Assembly: GCA_964016885.1 (NCBI GenBank)
Contig: OZ024763.1
Span: 24,738,001 to 24,802,000 of the forward strand
Direction of reading: 5' to 3'
DNA length: 64,000 nt
From: Eledone cirrhosa
Lineage: Eukaryota
Both the position numbers and the translations under genes were made by a program. Below, one piece after another: positions 42,011 through 55,877 of the stretch (positions are counted from its first letter, which is position 1; each line of letters starts with the position of its first letter). Under the pieces are notes generated by a model, which searched no databases, was not told where the DNA came from, and saw only the letters and a program-made list of their open reading frames with translations.

Positions 42011-42522
42011 CATTGTTGATGTCGTAGTTGGTCTTGTTGTTATCATTGTTGTTGTTGGTGGTGGTGGTGGTACTGTTTATGGTGGTGGTGTTATTGACAT
42101 AATGGTTGTTGTTATTGATGTTGTTACAGTGTTATTTGTTATTGATATAGTGGTTGTTGTTGTTGTTGTTGTTGTTATATTTGTTGTTGTTGTTGTTGTC
42201 GTCGTCGTTGCTGTTGTTGTAATGGCGGTGCTGCTGCTGTATCTATGTATGTGTGTTGTCGTTGTTATTGTTGTAATCGCGTTTTCGATAGATAATAAAT
42301 AATAAATATACATAGAACCAATAAAAAGAATAGAAAAACAATTGGAACAAAAACCAAAGAAAAGAGACATGACACCATTTTTGTTTTTGCTGATCTCGTC
42401 TCTTAGTTTCTGACATTGGAACTGTTTTTGGTAAATAATATTTGAAATAAAAAATGAAAGATTTTATAATTAATTGAGGGATCATACAAAACATATACAT
42501 ACATACATACATACATGCATAT

Positions 42523-43358
42523 ATGGTGGCTGCCAACTCGTTTTCGAGTACGGCCACTACTTTATATCCATGTAGGAGAACCCCTACCGATGCGCTGAAC
42601 GAGTGTGACTTTTTAGTCCAGCCAGCGATTTGAAAACTCTGGTACAAACCCTACACTTGTGACAATTATTGACACATAGTGCTGGGCACATGGTACCATG
42701 TGACGACAAGTGCAGAGAGATCTCCAGATATAAAGCAATGCCTGTGCCGTGAAGCTTTTATAGTGAGCAAAGGCACTGCACAAAGCCAGTCCCACTCTCT
42801 TAACCAAGATGATATTTACCAAAAAGAAGAACAAGTCAACATCATTGGATACCATCAGGGTTGCAGGTGTTACATCAGAGTTTTCCTTCTCCTAGAATTC
42901 TGCCTTGTCAAAGGCTAAGGGGTCATCTCTCCCACATACATACATAGATGGTGGCTGCCAACTCATTTTCGAGTACGGCCACTACTTTATATCCGTGTAG
43001 GAGAACCCCTACCGATGCGCTGAACGAGTGTGACTTTTTAGTCCAGCCAGCGACTTGAAAACTCTGGTACAAACACTACACTTGTGACAATTATTGACAC
43101 ATAGTGCTGGGTCCATGGTACCATGTGACGACAAGTGCAGAGAGATCTCCAGATATAAAGCAATGCCTCTGCCGTGAAGCTTTTATAGTGAGCAAAGGCA
43201 CTGCACAAAGCCGGTCCCACTCTCTTAACCAAGATGATATTTACCAAAAAGAAGAACAAGTCAACATCATTGGATACCATCAGGGTTGCAGGTGTTATAT
43301 CAGAGTTTTCCTTCTCCTAGAATTCTGCTTTGTCAAAGGCTAAGGGGTCATCTCTCCC
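42523..43358. repeat. Direct tandem duplication of a 425-bp unit, each copy bounded by (CATA)n
   Basis: Copies start at 42523 and 42948 with only scattered substitutions. (CATA)n occurs before, between and after them. Confidence 0.92.
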
Positions 43359-43625
43359 ACATACATACATACATACATACATACAGAATACATAGATACA
43401 TATTCATATTCATACATATATGTATAATATAGATATATGTATGAATATATATATGTATATATATATATCACAGAAAAAAAGAGAATCCGTGTTGCGACGA
43501 ATGGAATTTATTGGACATATTACAATCAGTTCTCTGGCGACCAGCTCGAGGCACGATCGATGTGATGATTGGACCTGACTCTGAAAATCGCAAGGTCCTC
43601 AGATACGTCATATATATGTATATAT

Positions 43626-43827
43626 ATATATATAGTAATAATAATAAATTTGAAGACTAAAATCCAAAGAGGGCTCGATAAGGATAAATATATATCAGAT
43701 ATATAAGAACCGTAGAGCAAATATTTATTAAAATAACAGATTAAAGTTTAAGCAAAGAATCGCTGCTTTCCCGTTAAGGGTGAAAGCAGCGATTCTTTGC
43801 ATAAACTTTAATCTGTTATTTTAATAA

Positions 43828-43830
<3 letters not shown>
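43626..43830. repeat. Fold-back element (arms about 43722-43770 / 43782-43830), same family as 29915-30075
   Basis: Shared GAAGACTAAAATCCA.AGAGGGCTCGATAAGG...GCAAAGAATCGCTGCTTTC. Confidence 0.8.
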
Positions 43831-43917
<87 letters not shown>

Positions 43918-44124
43918 GGCTGTATGTTCTATAATGTCTATAGGAGACAATATATAGGAAAATATAAAGTTTAATCACTATATAAACATATATATATATA
44001 TATGTATGTATATATGTTTATATATATATAGAGGGAGAGGGAGGGAGATATATAGGTTATATATATTGTGATCAATAAAACGACACTTTTATTTTAAAAT
44101 AGAATATATATATATATATATATA

Positions 44125-45624
44125 AAAGATTGGTGCAGTAGCATCATTGTCAACTGCTACAAAGGTAAAGGCGATGCACTAGATAGAGGAAACTATAGAG
44201 GTATAAAGTTGATGGACCAGGTCATGAAAGTAACAGAAAGAGTTATAGCACAGCTGATTAGGGACCGGGTGAATATAGACGAGATGCAATTTGGGTTTGT
44301 TCCAGGGAAAGGCACCACTGATGCGCTCTTCCTTGTGAGGCAATTACAGGAAAAGTACCTAGCTAAAAGTAAGCCACTCTACTTGGCATTTGTCGACCTT
44401 GAGAAAGCCTTTGACAGAGTTCCACGTGCAGTAATCTGGTGGGCTCTTAGAAAACTAGGAGTAGATGAATGGCTTGTGAAAGCGGTACAAGCCATGTATA
44501 GGGGAGCAGTCAGCAAAGTTAGGATTGGCAATGAGTATAGCGAGGAATTTAGCGTACAGGTTGGGGTCCACCAGGGCTCTGTTCTTAGCCCTCTCCTGTT
44601 CATCATAGTCCTGCAGGCAATAACGGAGGAGTTTAAGACCGGATGCCCATGGGAACTCCTGTATGCTGATGACCTCGCACTCATAGCTGAATCTATGGTA
44701 GAACTAGAGAATAAATTCCAAACCTGGAAGCAGGGACTAGAGAGAAAGGGCCTCAAAGTCAACATGACAAAGACTAAGGTCCTTATAAGTAGACGAGAAA
44801 ACAGAACCCAGATCCCCTCAGGGAAATGGCCTTGCTCAGTATGTAGGAAAGGTGTAGGTAGGAACTCCATTCTTTGCCCCAAATGCAAACAATGGGTACA
44901 CAAGAGATGTAGCGGGATCTCAGGAAGCTTAATTAAGAATGTAGGATTCACATGCAGCAGCTGTGCTGAAACAGCAAGCAAACAGCCACAGGAAACAAGT
45001 ACCACCAATCTCTGGGAGGGCCCTGTAGAAACAGTAGACAGCTTCTGCTACCTAGGTGACCGAATTAGCAACGGAGGTGGGTGCTCAGAAAGTACAATAA
45101 CTAGGGTAAGAACGGGATGGAAGAAGTTTAGGGAACTACTACCACTGCTAGCTGCAAAAGGCTTCTCCCTCAGAATGAAAGGCAGACTGTATGATGCGTG
45201 TATCCGAACAGCGATGTTGCATGGTAGTGAGACCTGGGCGCTGAAGGTGGAAGACTTACGTAGATTAGAGAGAAACGAAGCCTGCATGCTCCGATGGATG
45301 TGTAACAGTAATATACGTGAACGACAAAGCATAAATGAATTGAGAGAGAGACTGAGCATAAGAGGAATCAAATGCTGCGTGCAGGAGAGGCGGTTACGCT
45401 GGTATGGACATGTGATGCGTATGAAGGATGACAGCTGCATAAAAAGGTGCAGAGCACTAGAAGTTGATGGAAACCGCGGAGTGGGGAGACCCAAGATGAC
45501 TTGGGATGAGGTGATAAAAGCCGACCTTACCCAACTACACCTCTCAAAGTCAATGACACACGACCGTGACTTCTGGCGTCACGCAGTAATACAGGGTACC
45601 CGACCTCCCATGGGTACATGCTGA
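44125..45624 (+). CDS. RTE reverse transcriptase (N-terminally truncated) with PHD-type finger and C-terminal domain
   Basis: Motifs NYRGIKL, QFGF, FVDLEKAFDRV, GVHQGSVLSP, LYADD, FCYLG, HGSETW, RRLRWYGHVMR and GRPKMTW. C4HC3 finger at 44833-44964. No internal stops. Confidence 0.92.
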   Translation, partial: KDWCSSIIVNCYKGKGDALDRGNYRGIKLMDQVMKVTERVIAQLIRDRVNIDEMQFGFVPGKGTTDALFLVRQLQEKYLAKSKPLYLAFVDLEKAFDRVPRAVIWWALRKLGVDEWLVKAVQAMYRGAVSKVRIGNEYSEEFSVQVGVHQGSVLSPLLFIIVLQAITEEFKTGCPWELLYADDLALIAESMVELENKFQTWKQGLERKGLKVNMTKTKVLISRRENRTQIPSGKWPCSVCRKGVGRNSILCPKCKQWVHKRCSGISGSLIKNVGFTCSSCAETASKQPQETSTTNLWEGPVETVDSFCYLGDRISNGGGCSESTITRVRTGWKKFRELLPLLAAKGFSLRMKGRLYDACIRTAMLHGSETWALKVEDLRRLERNEACMLRWMCNSNIRERQSINELRERLSIRGIKCCVQERRLRWYGHVMRMKDDSCIKRCRALEVDGNRGVGRPKMTWDEVIKADLTQLHLSKSMTHDRDFWRHAVIQGTRPPMGTC

Positions 45625-45918
45625 AGCATATAAACAATATGCCCCCCCCCCCCCCACCGCAAGGTGGTCGTGGAGGTGCCACGGCAAAAAAGCACCCAGC
45701 CCACACTGTAAAGTGGACGTGTAGGCGCCACGAAAAAGCACCCAGCACTCACTGTAAATGAGGTTGGTGTTAGGAAGGGCATCCAGCTGTAGAAATCAAG
45801 CCAGATCAGTTCCTGTATGAGCAAGGCATGGTCAGCCGACCAGACACTGCCCACAACAGGACAACCCGTCTAACCCATGCTAGCGTGGAAGAACGGACGT
45901 AAAACGGTGATGATGATA
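44125..45918 (+). mobile_element. 5'-truncated RTE-clade LINE inserted in (TA)n
   Basis: The RT frame begins abruptly at the (TA)n edge (KDWCSSIIVNCYKGKGD...). The 3'UTR ends in (TGA)n followed by (TA)n. Confidence 0.9.
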
Positions 45919-45934
45919 TATATATATATATATA

Positions 45935-46927
<993 letters not shown>

Positions 46928-47013
46928 ATATATATATATATATGTATATATATATACATATATATATACATGTATATATATATATATATATATACATGTA
47001 TATATATATATAT

Positions 47014-47147
<134 letters not shown>

Positions 47148-47256
47148 ATATATATATACATGTATATATATATGACGACTATACTTCGGAAAATTGACAG
47201 AGGACAAGACAACAGGCCAAAAACAGTTTCTTTATGGGAAATCTAAAAAAAATGTA

Positions 47257-47313
<57 letters not shown>

Positions 47314-47774
47314 GTGTGTGTGTGTGTGTGTGTATTTATATATATATAGGCGGTACACCAACATGGCCACAGTTTGATGACTAGAACCAGTAAAAGGTAC
47401 TAGGGTTAATATGAAGGACTAAATCCCTTGAAGGCATATTGCTCTGGTGAGTAACAGTAGTAGGCGGGGAGTTACCCCAGCGATAGGGTCCTATCCAGGA
47501 AGAGTTTTGTACACTCAGTCGCTTAACGTCAAAGAAAGCACCGGCTTGATAATCCCTGAACAGATGAGCGCCTTTACCTTAGAACAGACTTTTAACGAAC
47601 TATTCTATGTTGAGTTATTGAGTCTCATACTTTTGTACGAAAATCTTCTTCTTCTTGTTCTTCTTCTTCTTCTTCTTCTTCTTCTTCTTCTTCTTCTTCT
47701 TCTTCTTCTTCTTCTTCTTCTTCTTCTTCTTCTTCTTCTTCTTCTTCTTCTTCTTCTTCTTCTCTCTGTCTACA

Positions 47775-48340
47775 CCTGGGTCTCCTGGCGGTTGCATTCT
47801 AACCACATGCCCATAGTATCGGAGTTGTGATCTCTCAATTCGGAGAAGTAGCGGCTCTATCTGGATTAACTCCCTGATCTCCGAGCTACAAATCTTTCCA
47901 GCGATTCTTTCCTGAGATATTCTAACCACATGCTCATAGTATCGGAGCTTTGATATCTCCATGAAAAGAACTAGTGTCTCTACAAAGAGTGACACTCTGA
48001 CCTCCGAGCTACAAACCTGTCCACAAATTCTTTACTGAGACATTCTAACCACATGCCCATAATATCGGAGCTGTTATCCCTTAAATCGCAGAAGTAGCGG
48101 TTCCACTGGAGTGACTCTCTGATCTCTGAGCTACAAATCTGTCCAGACATTCTAACCACATGCCCATAGTATCGGAGCTGTGATCCCCCAATTCGGAGAA
48201 GTAGCGGCTCTACCTGGATAGACTCAAGTGATTCTTTCCTGAGACATTCTAACCACATGCCCGTAGTATTGGAGCTGTGATCTCTCTGTTTGTAGAACTA
48301 GTGGCTCTACCTGGAGTAACTCTCTGATCTCCGAGCTACT
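47775..48340 (-). repeat. Tandemly reiterated degenerate LINE C-terminal segment
   Basis: About five imperfect copies encoding 'EPLLLRIERSQLRYYGHVVRM'. The same family occurs at about 3340-3520. Confidence 0.7.
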
Positions 48341-48641
48341 CACTCGTAGGAGCAACGTTACTCCAAAAAAAAAAAAAAAAATAGAAACCGTTTTTGTTAA
48401 ACTTCGTTAAAATATAAATAATATAAGAAACATACTGTGAAGATCAAATAATAGTATTAAAACAACAACAACAACAAATAAAAGACGTTTCGTACCGACT
48501 GATCTATTACGAAGCATATTTTTTAACTTGCAGCTATCTTCGGTAAATATATAAATATTTTATAAAGTGCTTTGTAAAGAGAATTTAACCGAGAATTGTA
48601 TTTCACTTGTAGATCTTCACCTATGATGTCTCAAAGAAACA

Positions 48642-48714
<73 letters not shown>

Positions 48715-48777
48715 CGTGTGTTAGCGTGCATACACACATATATATATATATATATGTGTGTGTGTGCGTGTGTTAGC

Positions 48778-48820
<43 letters not shown>

Positions 48821-48894
48821 GCACACACATATGTATATACAATTTGTTCTTAATGTTTGATCTTTATTGCATTTATTTAACTTTGTTAGTGCTT

Positions 48895-49132
<238 letters not shown>

Positions 49133-49689
49133 ACCGTTTCCGTACAGAAAAATAAAAATTGAAAATGAGAATAAGATATAAAACTAAAAATACTCCGATA
49201 AAGATCAGACGTTCGGGAAATGTTTTTTAAAGAAAATATATATAAAGTAACTAAAAAAAAAACTACAATAACACAATTGTTTGTTTATTTGCAATTATAT
49301 AAAGATGACGAAAATATCACAGGAAAGACTGGAACTCTTGTAATCGGTGTTTGTTTATTGATCCAACCCACACCACATTCTCCCCGTACACGAATCAGTG
49401 TGTGTATGTGTGTGTGTGTGGGGGGGGATTATCCCATCTCATCGCCGTACACGAATCAGTGGGAGGTTTTATCCCATCTCATCGCCGTACACGAATCAGT
49501 GGGGATTTTTTTATCCCATTTTACCCCCGTTTATGAATCAGTGGGGTGTTTTTATCCCATCTCATCGCCGTTCAAAAATTAGTGGTGGTGGTGGTGGGCG
49601 GGGGGGGGGGGGTTATCCCATCTCATCGCCGTACAGGAATCAGTGGGGGGAGGAGGGTAGGTTAGCCCATCTCATCCCTGTTCACGAAT

Positions 49690-51330
49690 CAGTGTTTGTC
49701 TGTTATCCCATCCCATCTCCATACAGGACTCAATGTTTGTCTGTTATCCCATCCCATCTCCATACAGGACTCAATGTTTGTCTGTTATCCCATCCCATCT
49801 CCATACAGGACTCAATGTTTGTCTGTTATCCCATCCCATCGCCATACAGGACTCAATGTTTGTCTGTTATCCCATCCCATCGCCATACAGGACTCAATGT
49901 TTGTCTGTTATCCCATCCTATCGCCATATAGGACTCAATGTTTGTCTGTTATCCCATCCCATCGCCATACAGGACTCAATGTTTGTCTGTTATCCCATCC
50001 CATCGCCATACAGGACTCAATGTTTGTCTGTTATCCCATCCCATCTCCATATAGGACTCAATGTTTGTCTGTTATCCCATCCCATCGCCATACAGGACTC
50101 AATGTTTGTCTGTTATCCCATCAGCATCTCCATACAGGACTCAATGTTTGTCTGTTATCCCATCCCATCTCCATACAGGACTCAATGTTTGTATGTTATC
50201 CCATCCCATCGCCATACAGGACTCAATGTTTGTCTGTTATCCCATCCCATCTCCATACAGGACTCAATGTTTGTCTATTATGCCATCCCATCTCCATACA
50301 GGACTCAATGTTTGTCTGTTATCCCATCCCATCGCCATACAGGACTCAATGTTTGTCTGTTATCCCATCCCATCTCCATACAGGACTCAATGTTTGTCTG
50401 TTATCCCATCCCATCGCCATACAGGACTCAATGTTTGTCTGTTATCCCATCCCATCTCCATACAGGACTCAATGTTTGTCTGTTATCCCATCCCATCGCC
50501 ATACAGGACTCAATGTTTGTCTGTTATCCCATCCCATCTCCATACAGGACTCAATGTTTGTCTGTTATGCCATCCCATCTCCATACAGGACTCAATGTTT
50601 GTCTGTTATCCCATCCCATCGCCATACAGGACTCAATGTTTGTCTGTTATCCCATCCCATCGCCATACATGACTCAATGTTTGTCTGTTATCCCATCCCA
50701 TCGCCATACAGGACTCAATGTTTGTCTGTTATCCCATCCCATCTCCATACAGGACTCAATGTTTGTCTGTTATCCCATCCCATCTCCATACAGGACTCAA
50801 TGTTTGTCTGTTATCCCATCCCATCGCCATACAGGACTCAATGTTTGTCTGTTATCCCATCCCATCGCCATACAGGACTCAATGTTTGTCTGTTATCCCA
50901 TCCCATCTCCATACAGGACTCAATGTTTGTCTGTTATCCCATCCCATCTCCATACAGGACTCAATGTTTGTCTGTTATCCCATCCCATCGCCATACAGGA
51001 CTCAATCTTTGTCTGTTATCCCATCCCATCGCCATACAGGACTCAATGTTTGTCTGTTATCCCATCCCATCGCCATACAGGACTCAATGTTTGTCTGTTA
51101 TCCCATCCCATCGCCATACAGGACTCAATGTTTGTCTGTTATCCCATCCCATCTCCATACAGGACTCAATGTTTGTCTGTTATCCCATCCCATCGCCATA
51201 CAGGACTCAATGTTTGTCTGTTATCCCATCCCATCGCCATACAGGACTCAATGTTTGTCTGTTATCCCATCCCATCTCCATACAGGACTCAATGTTTGTC
51301 TGTTATCCCATCCCATCGCCATACAGGACT
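49690..51330. repeat. Homogeneous 41-bp tandem satellite (about 40 copies), with degenerate units flanking at 49370-49690 and 51330-51842
   Basis: Unit TGTTTGTCTGTTATCCCATCCCATC(G/T)CCATACAGGACTCAA. The 41-aa periodicity in the ORF track equals 3 units. Confidence 0.97.
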
Positions 51331-51464
51331 CTTTATTTTATTTGTTACCCCTCCTCATCGCCGTCTTCGAATCAGTTTTTTTTTTGTTTGTTTTTTTTGT
51401 TATCCCACCACATCCCAGTACACGAATTTGGGTTTCCTTGTTACTCCATCACATCCCTATACCC

Positions 51465-51793
51465 CAGAGGTTCTCAAACTTTTGGGGCCACTGCCTCCCT
51501 TCACGGCCATGTAATACCCTCACCACCGCCACCCCCAGAGAGACCTGCCTACACATAAATTGTAAATAATATATAATAAATAAAATCGATAATATATATA
51601 TAATAAATAATATATATACTATGTATAAATAAATATTATATATTTTTTATTTTACTATATTTATATATAATATATATCATTTGATATTTAATATGTTATT
51701 ATAACACCTGTAACGCCTTCTTTGGTCCCAGCAACCCACAGGGCCTCCTCAACGCCCCCGTGCGGTGATAGTCCCCTATTTTGAGAACCTCTG
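51465..51793. mobile_element. hAT-Charlie MITE
   Basis: TIRs CAGAGGTTCTCAAA / TTTGAGAACCTCTG and TSD CTATACCC / CTATACAC (7 of 8 match). Confidence 0.85.
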
Positions 51794-52274
51794 CTATACA
51801 CCAATTGGTGTTTCCTTGCTAATCCATCACATCACTCTACACCAAAGGTTCTCAACGGGGGGCATATGCACCCCCGGGGGCGTTTCAGAACTCCAGGGGG
51901 CGTTTGGAGCTTTGGGAGGCTCTTTACTTTGGTAAGTTTTATAAGCCATATTTGTATGTCTTTGAGACAGCCAGTGTGAATGCATTTGAATGAGCTTGCA
52001 GACAGCATAACTATGGTCTGACCGCAGCTGTGAGCAGGTGTGCAGGCGTGTCTAGACATTAACCAGCAATTGAGATCCTAACAATGGAAAAGCCTCACAG
52101 TCAACTGGGTCAAGGACACTTCGAGTCTAACCAGTTAGAATCTTATCTTTCCTTCACTGATAACAATGTATTTCATGTCTGAAATTATTGACTCAACCGT
52201 AACACTATGTAGATCTATTTTATTCCCTATTGTCTAAATAATATTACAAATAAAAAAGAAAAACAAACACAGAA

Positions 52275-52713
52275 GCGGGTAGCACACGCATCTAGGACCA
52301 CATACAACACATAAGCAGGTAATACACGCATCTACGACCACATACTACACATAAGCAGGTAATACACACATCTAGGACCACATGCAACACATAAGGAGGT
52401 AGCACACACATCTAGGACCACATACAACACACAGGCAGGTAATACATACATTTAGGACCACATACAACACATAAGTAGGTAATACAAACATCTAGGACCA
52501 CATACAACACATAATCAGGTAATACAAACATCTAGGACCACATACAACACATAATCAGGTAATACATACATCTAGGACCACAATCAACACATAAGGAGGT
52601 AATACACACATCTAGGACCACATACAACACACAAGCAGGTAATACATACAGCTGGGACCACATGCAATACATAAGAAGGTAATACATACATCTAGGACTA
52701 CCTACAACACACA
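52275..52713. repeat. 40-bp minisatellite (about 11 copies) inside the hAT element
   Basis: Unit approximately CATCTAGGACCACATACAACACATAAGCAGGTAATACACA. Confidence 0.9.
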
Positions 52714-52739
52714 TTGTATCATGTGCTACGGACGACGCA

Positions 52740-53095
52740 ACAACAATGGTCGGCCAACATAAGGGTTCTTCTGAAGAAAGAACATCTATCTGTATTTGTT
52801 GTTCATTGTGTCATTTATCGACAACACTTGGCTGCGAAGAAACTCAGCAAGCAGCTGAGCAAGTCCTTGCAGGTGGCCCTTGATGTCATCAATTTTATCA
52901 AACGGCATTCCCTCAATGAACGAATTTTCCGGCAACTGTGACAAGATAATGACGAAGAATTCGTCAAGTTGCTCCTTCATAATGAAGTGAGGTGGCTTTC
53001 AAAGGGCAAGTGCCTTACTCACTTCTTTGAACTGTTCGACTCTATTATTGAGTTTCTACGAGGACGCAACACAGAACTGTACAAGAAAACCCTCG
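52740..53095 (+). pseudogene. hAT-Charlie transposase fragment (ZBED5/SCAND3-like)
   Basis: HCVIYRQHLAAK...INFIK..SLNERIFRQL*QDNDEEFVKLLLHNEVRWLSKGKCL..FFEL, with an in-frame TGA at 52939-52941. Confidence 0.88.
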
Positions 53096-53544
53096 ATGTG
53101 GGGCAAAACTCCGCCTCACATCGCCTCACTCTCAGCTTCCTGCAATGGTATCTTTGGAATATTGTTAATCAATTTTTTAGTAATCTACTGATATCAAGAT
53201 CAGTAGTATATTGAAAAATGGAAAAATAGAGTATGGGGGGGGGGGCGATTCGTGATTTCGAGGGACACAAGGGGGCGTTTGGTCTAAATGGGTTGAGAAC
53301 CTGTGCTCTACACGAATTGGTATATTTTTTTTGGTTTTTTTTTTGTTTTTGTTATAGCATATCATCCCCGTGATGAAGAAGAGGAAGAGTAGAGATGATG
53401 ATGATGGGGAGAGGGAAGAGGGGATATAGAAGAGGAGAGGGAGAAAGTAGAACAGGAAGGGAGGGGGGAGGAGAAACATGATGACAACGATGATGATGAT
53501 GATGAAGGAGGAAAATAAGAGGAAATGATGGGATGTAGAGAATG

Positions 53545-53589
53545 CGTAGTAGTAGTAGTAGTAGTAGCAGTAGTAGTAGAAGTAGAAGC

Positions 53590-53624
<35 letters not shown>

Positions 53625-53781
53625 CAGTAGTAGAAGCAGTAGTAGTAGTAGAAGCAGTAGTAGTAGAAGCAGTAGTAGTAGTAGTAGCTGTAGTAGTAGT
53701 AGTATTAGTAGTAGTAGTAGTAGTAGTAGTAGAAGCAGTAGAAGCAGTAGTAGCAGTAGTAGTAGTAGTAGTAGTAGAAGC

Positions 53782-53814
<33 letters not shown>

Positions 53815-53970
53815 CGTAGTAGTAGTAGTAGTAGTAGTAGAAGCAATAGTAGTAGTAGTAGAAGTAGTAGAAGCAATAGTAGTAGTAGTAGTAGCAATAG
53901 TAGTAGTAGTAGTAGTAGCAGTAGTAGTAGTAGTAGTAGCAGTAGTAGTAGTAGTAGCAGTAGTAGTAGA
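53545..53970. repeat. (AGT)n microsatellite
   Basis: Seen directly. Similar tracts are (ACT)n 38655-38915, (TTG)n 41690-42270, and (TTC)n 47645-47762 and 54909-54998. Confidence 0.97.
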
Positions 53971-54159
53971 TGTCACCTCCTGTTTATATTCTACAGGACA
54001 TGAAGGTGTTACTGCAAGTGAGAGATGTCAAACGTCTTAACCAATATACTTGAATGTTACCTTTGGTAATGTTCCTCAATAACAACTGTTGTTGTTGTTG
54101 TTGTGGCTGTTGTGGTGGTGGTGGTAGTTATGTTACTGTTGTTGTTATTGTGGTGGTGG

Positions 54160-54830
54160 TTGTGGTAACTATTGTTACTGTTGTTGTTGTTATTGTAATG
54201 GTGGTTGTATCGATGGTGGTTGTTACTGTTGTTATTGTAATGGTGGTTGTATCGATGGTGGTTGTTACTGTTGTTATTGTAATGGTGGTTGTATCGATGG
54301 TGGTGGTGGAGATGGTGGTTGTTACTGTTGTTGTTGTTATTGTAATGGTGGTTGTATCGATGGTGGTGGTGGAGATGGTGGTTGTTACTGTTGTTGTTGT
54401 TATTGTAATGGTGGTTGTATCGATGGTGGTGGTGGAGATGGTGGTTGTTACTGTTGTTATTGTAATGGTGGTTGTATCGATGGTGGTGGTGGAGATGGTG
54501 GTTGTTACTGTTGTTGTTGTTATTGTAATGGTGGTTGTATCGATGGTGGTGGTGGAGATGGTGGTTGTTACTGTTGTTGTTATTGTAATGGTGGTTGTAT
54601 CGATGGTGGTGGTGGAGATGGTGGTTGTTACTGTTGTTGTTGTTATTGTAATGGTGGTTGTATCGATGGTGGTGGTGGAGATGGTGGTTGTTATTGTTGT
54701 TGTTGTTATTGTAATGGTGGTTGTATCGATGGTGGTGGTGGTGATGGTGGTTGTTATTCTTATTGTTGTTATTGTAATGGTGGTTGTACCGATGGTGGTG
54801 GTGATGGTGGTTGTTATTGTTGTTATTGTT
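54160..54830. repeat. About 60-bp GT-rich minisatellite
   Basis: GTTATTGTAATGGTGGTTGTATCGATGGTGGTGGTGGAGATGGTGGTTGTTACT(GTT)n. Confidence 0.9.
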
Positions 54831-55453
54831 TTTATTTTCGTCTTTCTTTACTGTTATTTACTGTTTTTTGCTGTTTATTTTATTTTTATTTTCAATTCCG
54901 ACATTAAATTCTTCTTCTTCTTCTTCTTCTTCTTCTTCTTCTTCTTCTTCTTCTTCTTCTTCTTCTTCTTCTTCTTCTTCTTCTTCTTCTTCTTCTTCTA
55001 TCTATGCATACATGTATGTATATATGTATGTGTCTATATGTTTATGTATACATGTATGTATATATGTATGTGTCAATATGTGTATGTATACATGTATGTA
55101 TATATGTAATGATGTATGTATACATATATACATACATGTATGTATATATGTATGTATCTATATGTGTATGTATATAAGTATGCATATATGTATACATGTA
55201 TGTATACATATATACATAAATGTATGTATATATGTATGTGTCTATATGTGAATGTAAATATGTATGTGTCCGTGTATGTATGTATGTATGTATAAACCAA
55301 TCGTATCAGTGTATGTATAAATGGAGCAGTGTATATAATTCAATTTAATTTATATACACCCTATTGGCTGAAACCTTAGAATCATTCTAAAGTACATCTT
55401 AGTTTAAAACTTGATCACTGATCAACGTGTCAGTAATATTTATATATACACAC

Positions 55454-55515
<62 letters not shown>

Positions 55516-55791
55516 ATATATATATGTATGTGTATGTATATATATATATATATATGTATGTATGTGTAAATATATATATATATGTATGTGTAAATATATA
55601 TTTATGTATATGTATGTATATATATATATATGTATGTGTATATATATATGTATATATATATGTGTATATATATGTGTGTGTGTGTGTATAATTATATATA
55701 TGTGTATAATTATATAGTTAATAATGTGTGTATATGAATTATAACTCAACCTTCATTATATAAGTATATAAACACAGATACACACTCTCTT

Positions 55792-55877
<86 letters not shown>

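Larger units (their letters stand above)
51843..53305 (+). mobile_element. Internally deleted hAT (Charlie/Buster) DNA transposon
   Basis: TIRs CAAAGGTTCTCAAC / GTTGAGAACCTGTG, perfect 8-bp TSD CTCTACAC (51835-51842 and 53306-53313) and an internal transposase remnant. Confidence 0.9.

Noticed and set aside
42525-42605. HDV-like ribozyme (P1 GGTGGCTG/CGGCCACT, P2 ACTCGTT/AACGAGT)
   Set aside because: There is too little room for P3/L3, no P1.1, and the second copy disrupts P2.
49690-51330. CRISPR-like array or 600-aa repeat protein
   Set aside because: The units are contiguous with no unique spacers, there are no cas genes and the context is eukaryotic. The unit length is not a multiple of 3.
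52275-52713. Second CRISPR-like array
   Set aside because: It is a contiguous 40-bp minisatellite without spacers, inside a hAT element.
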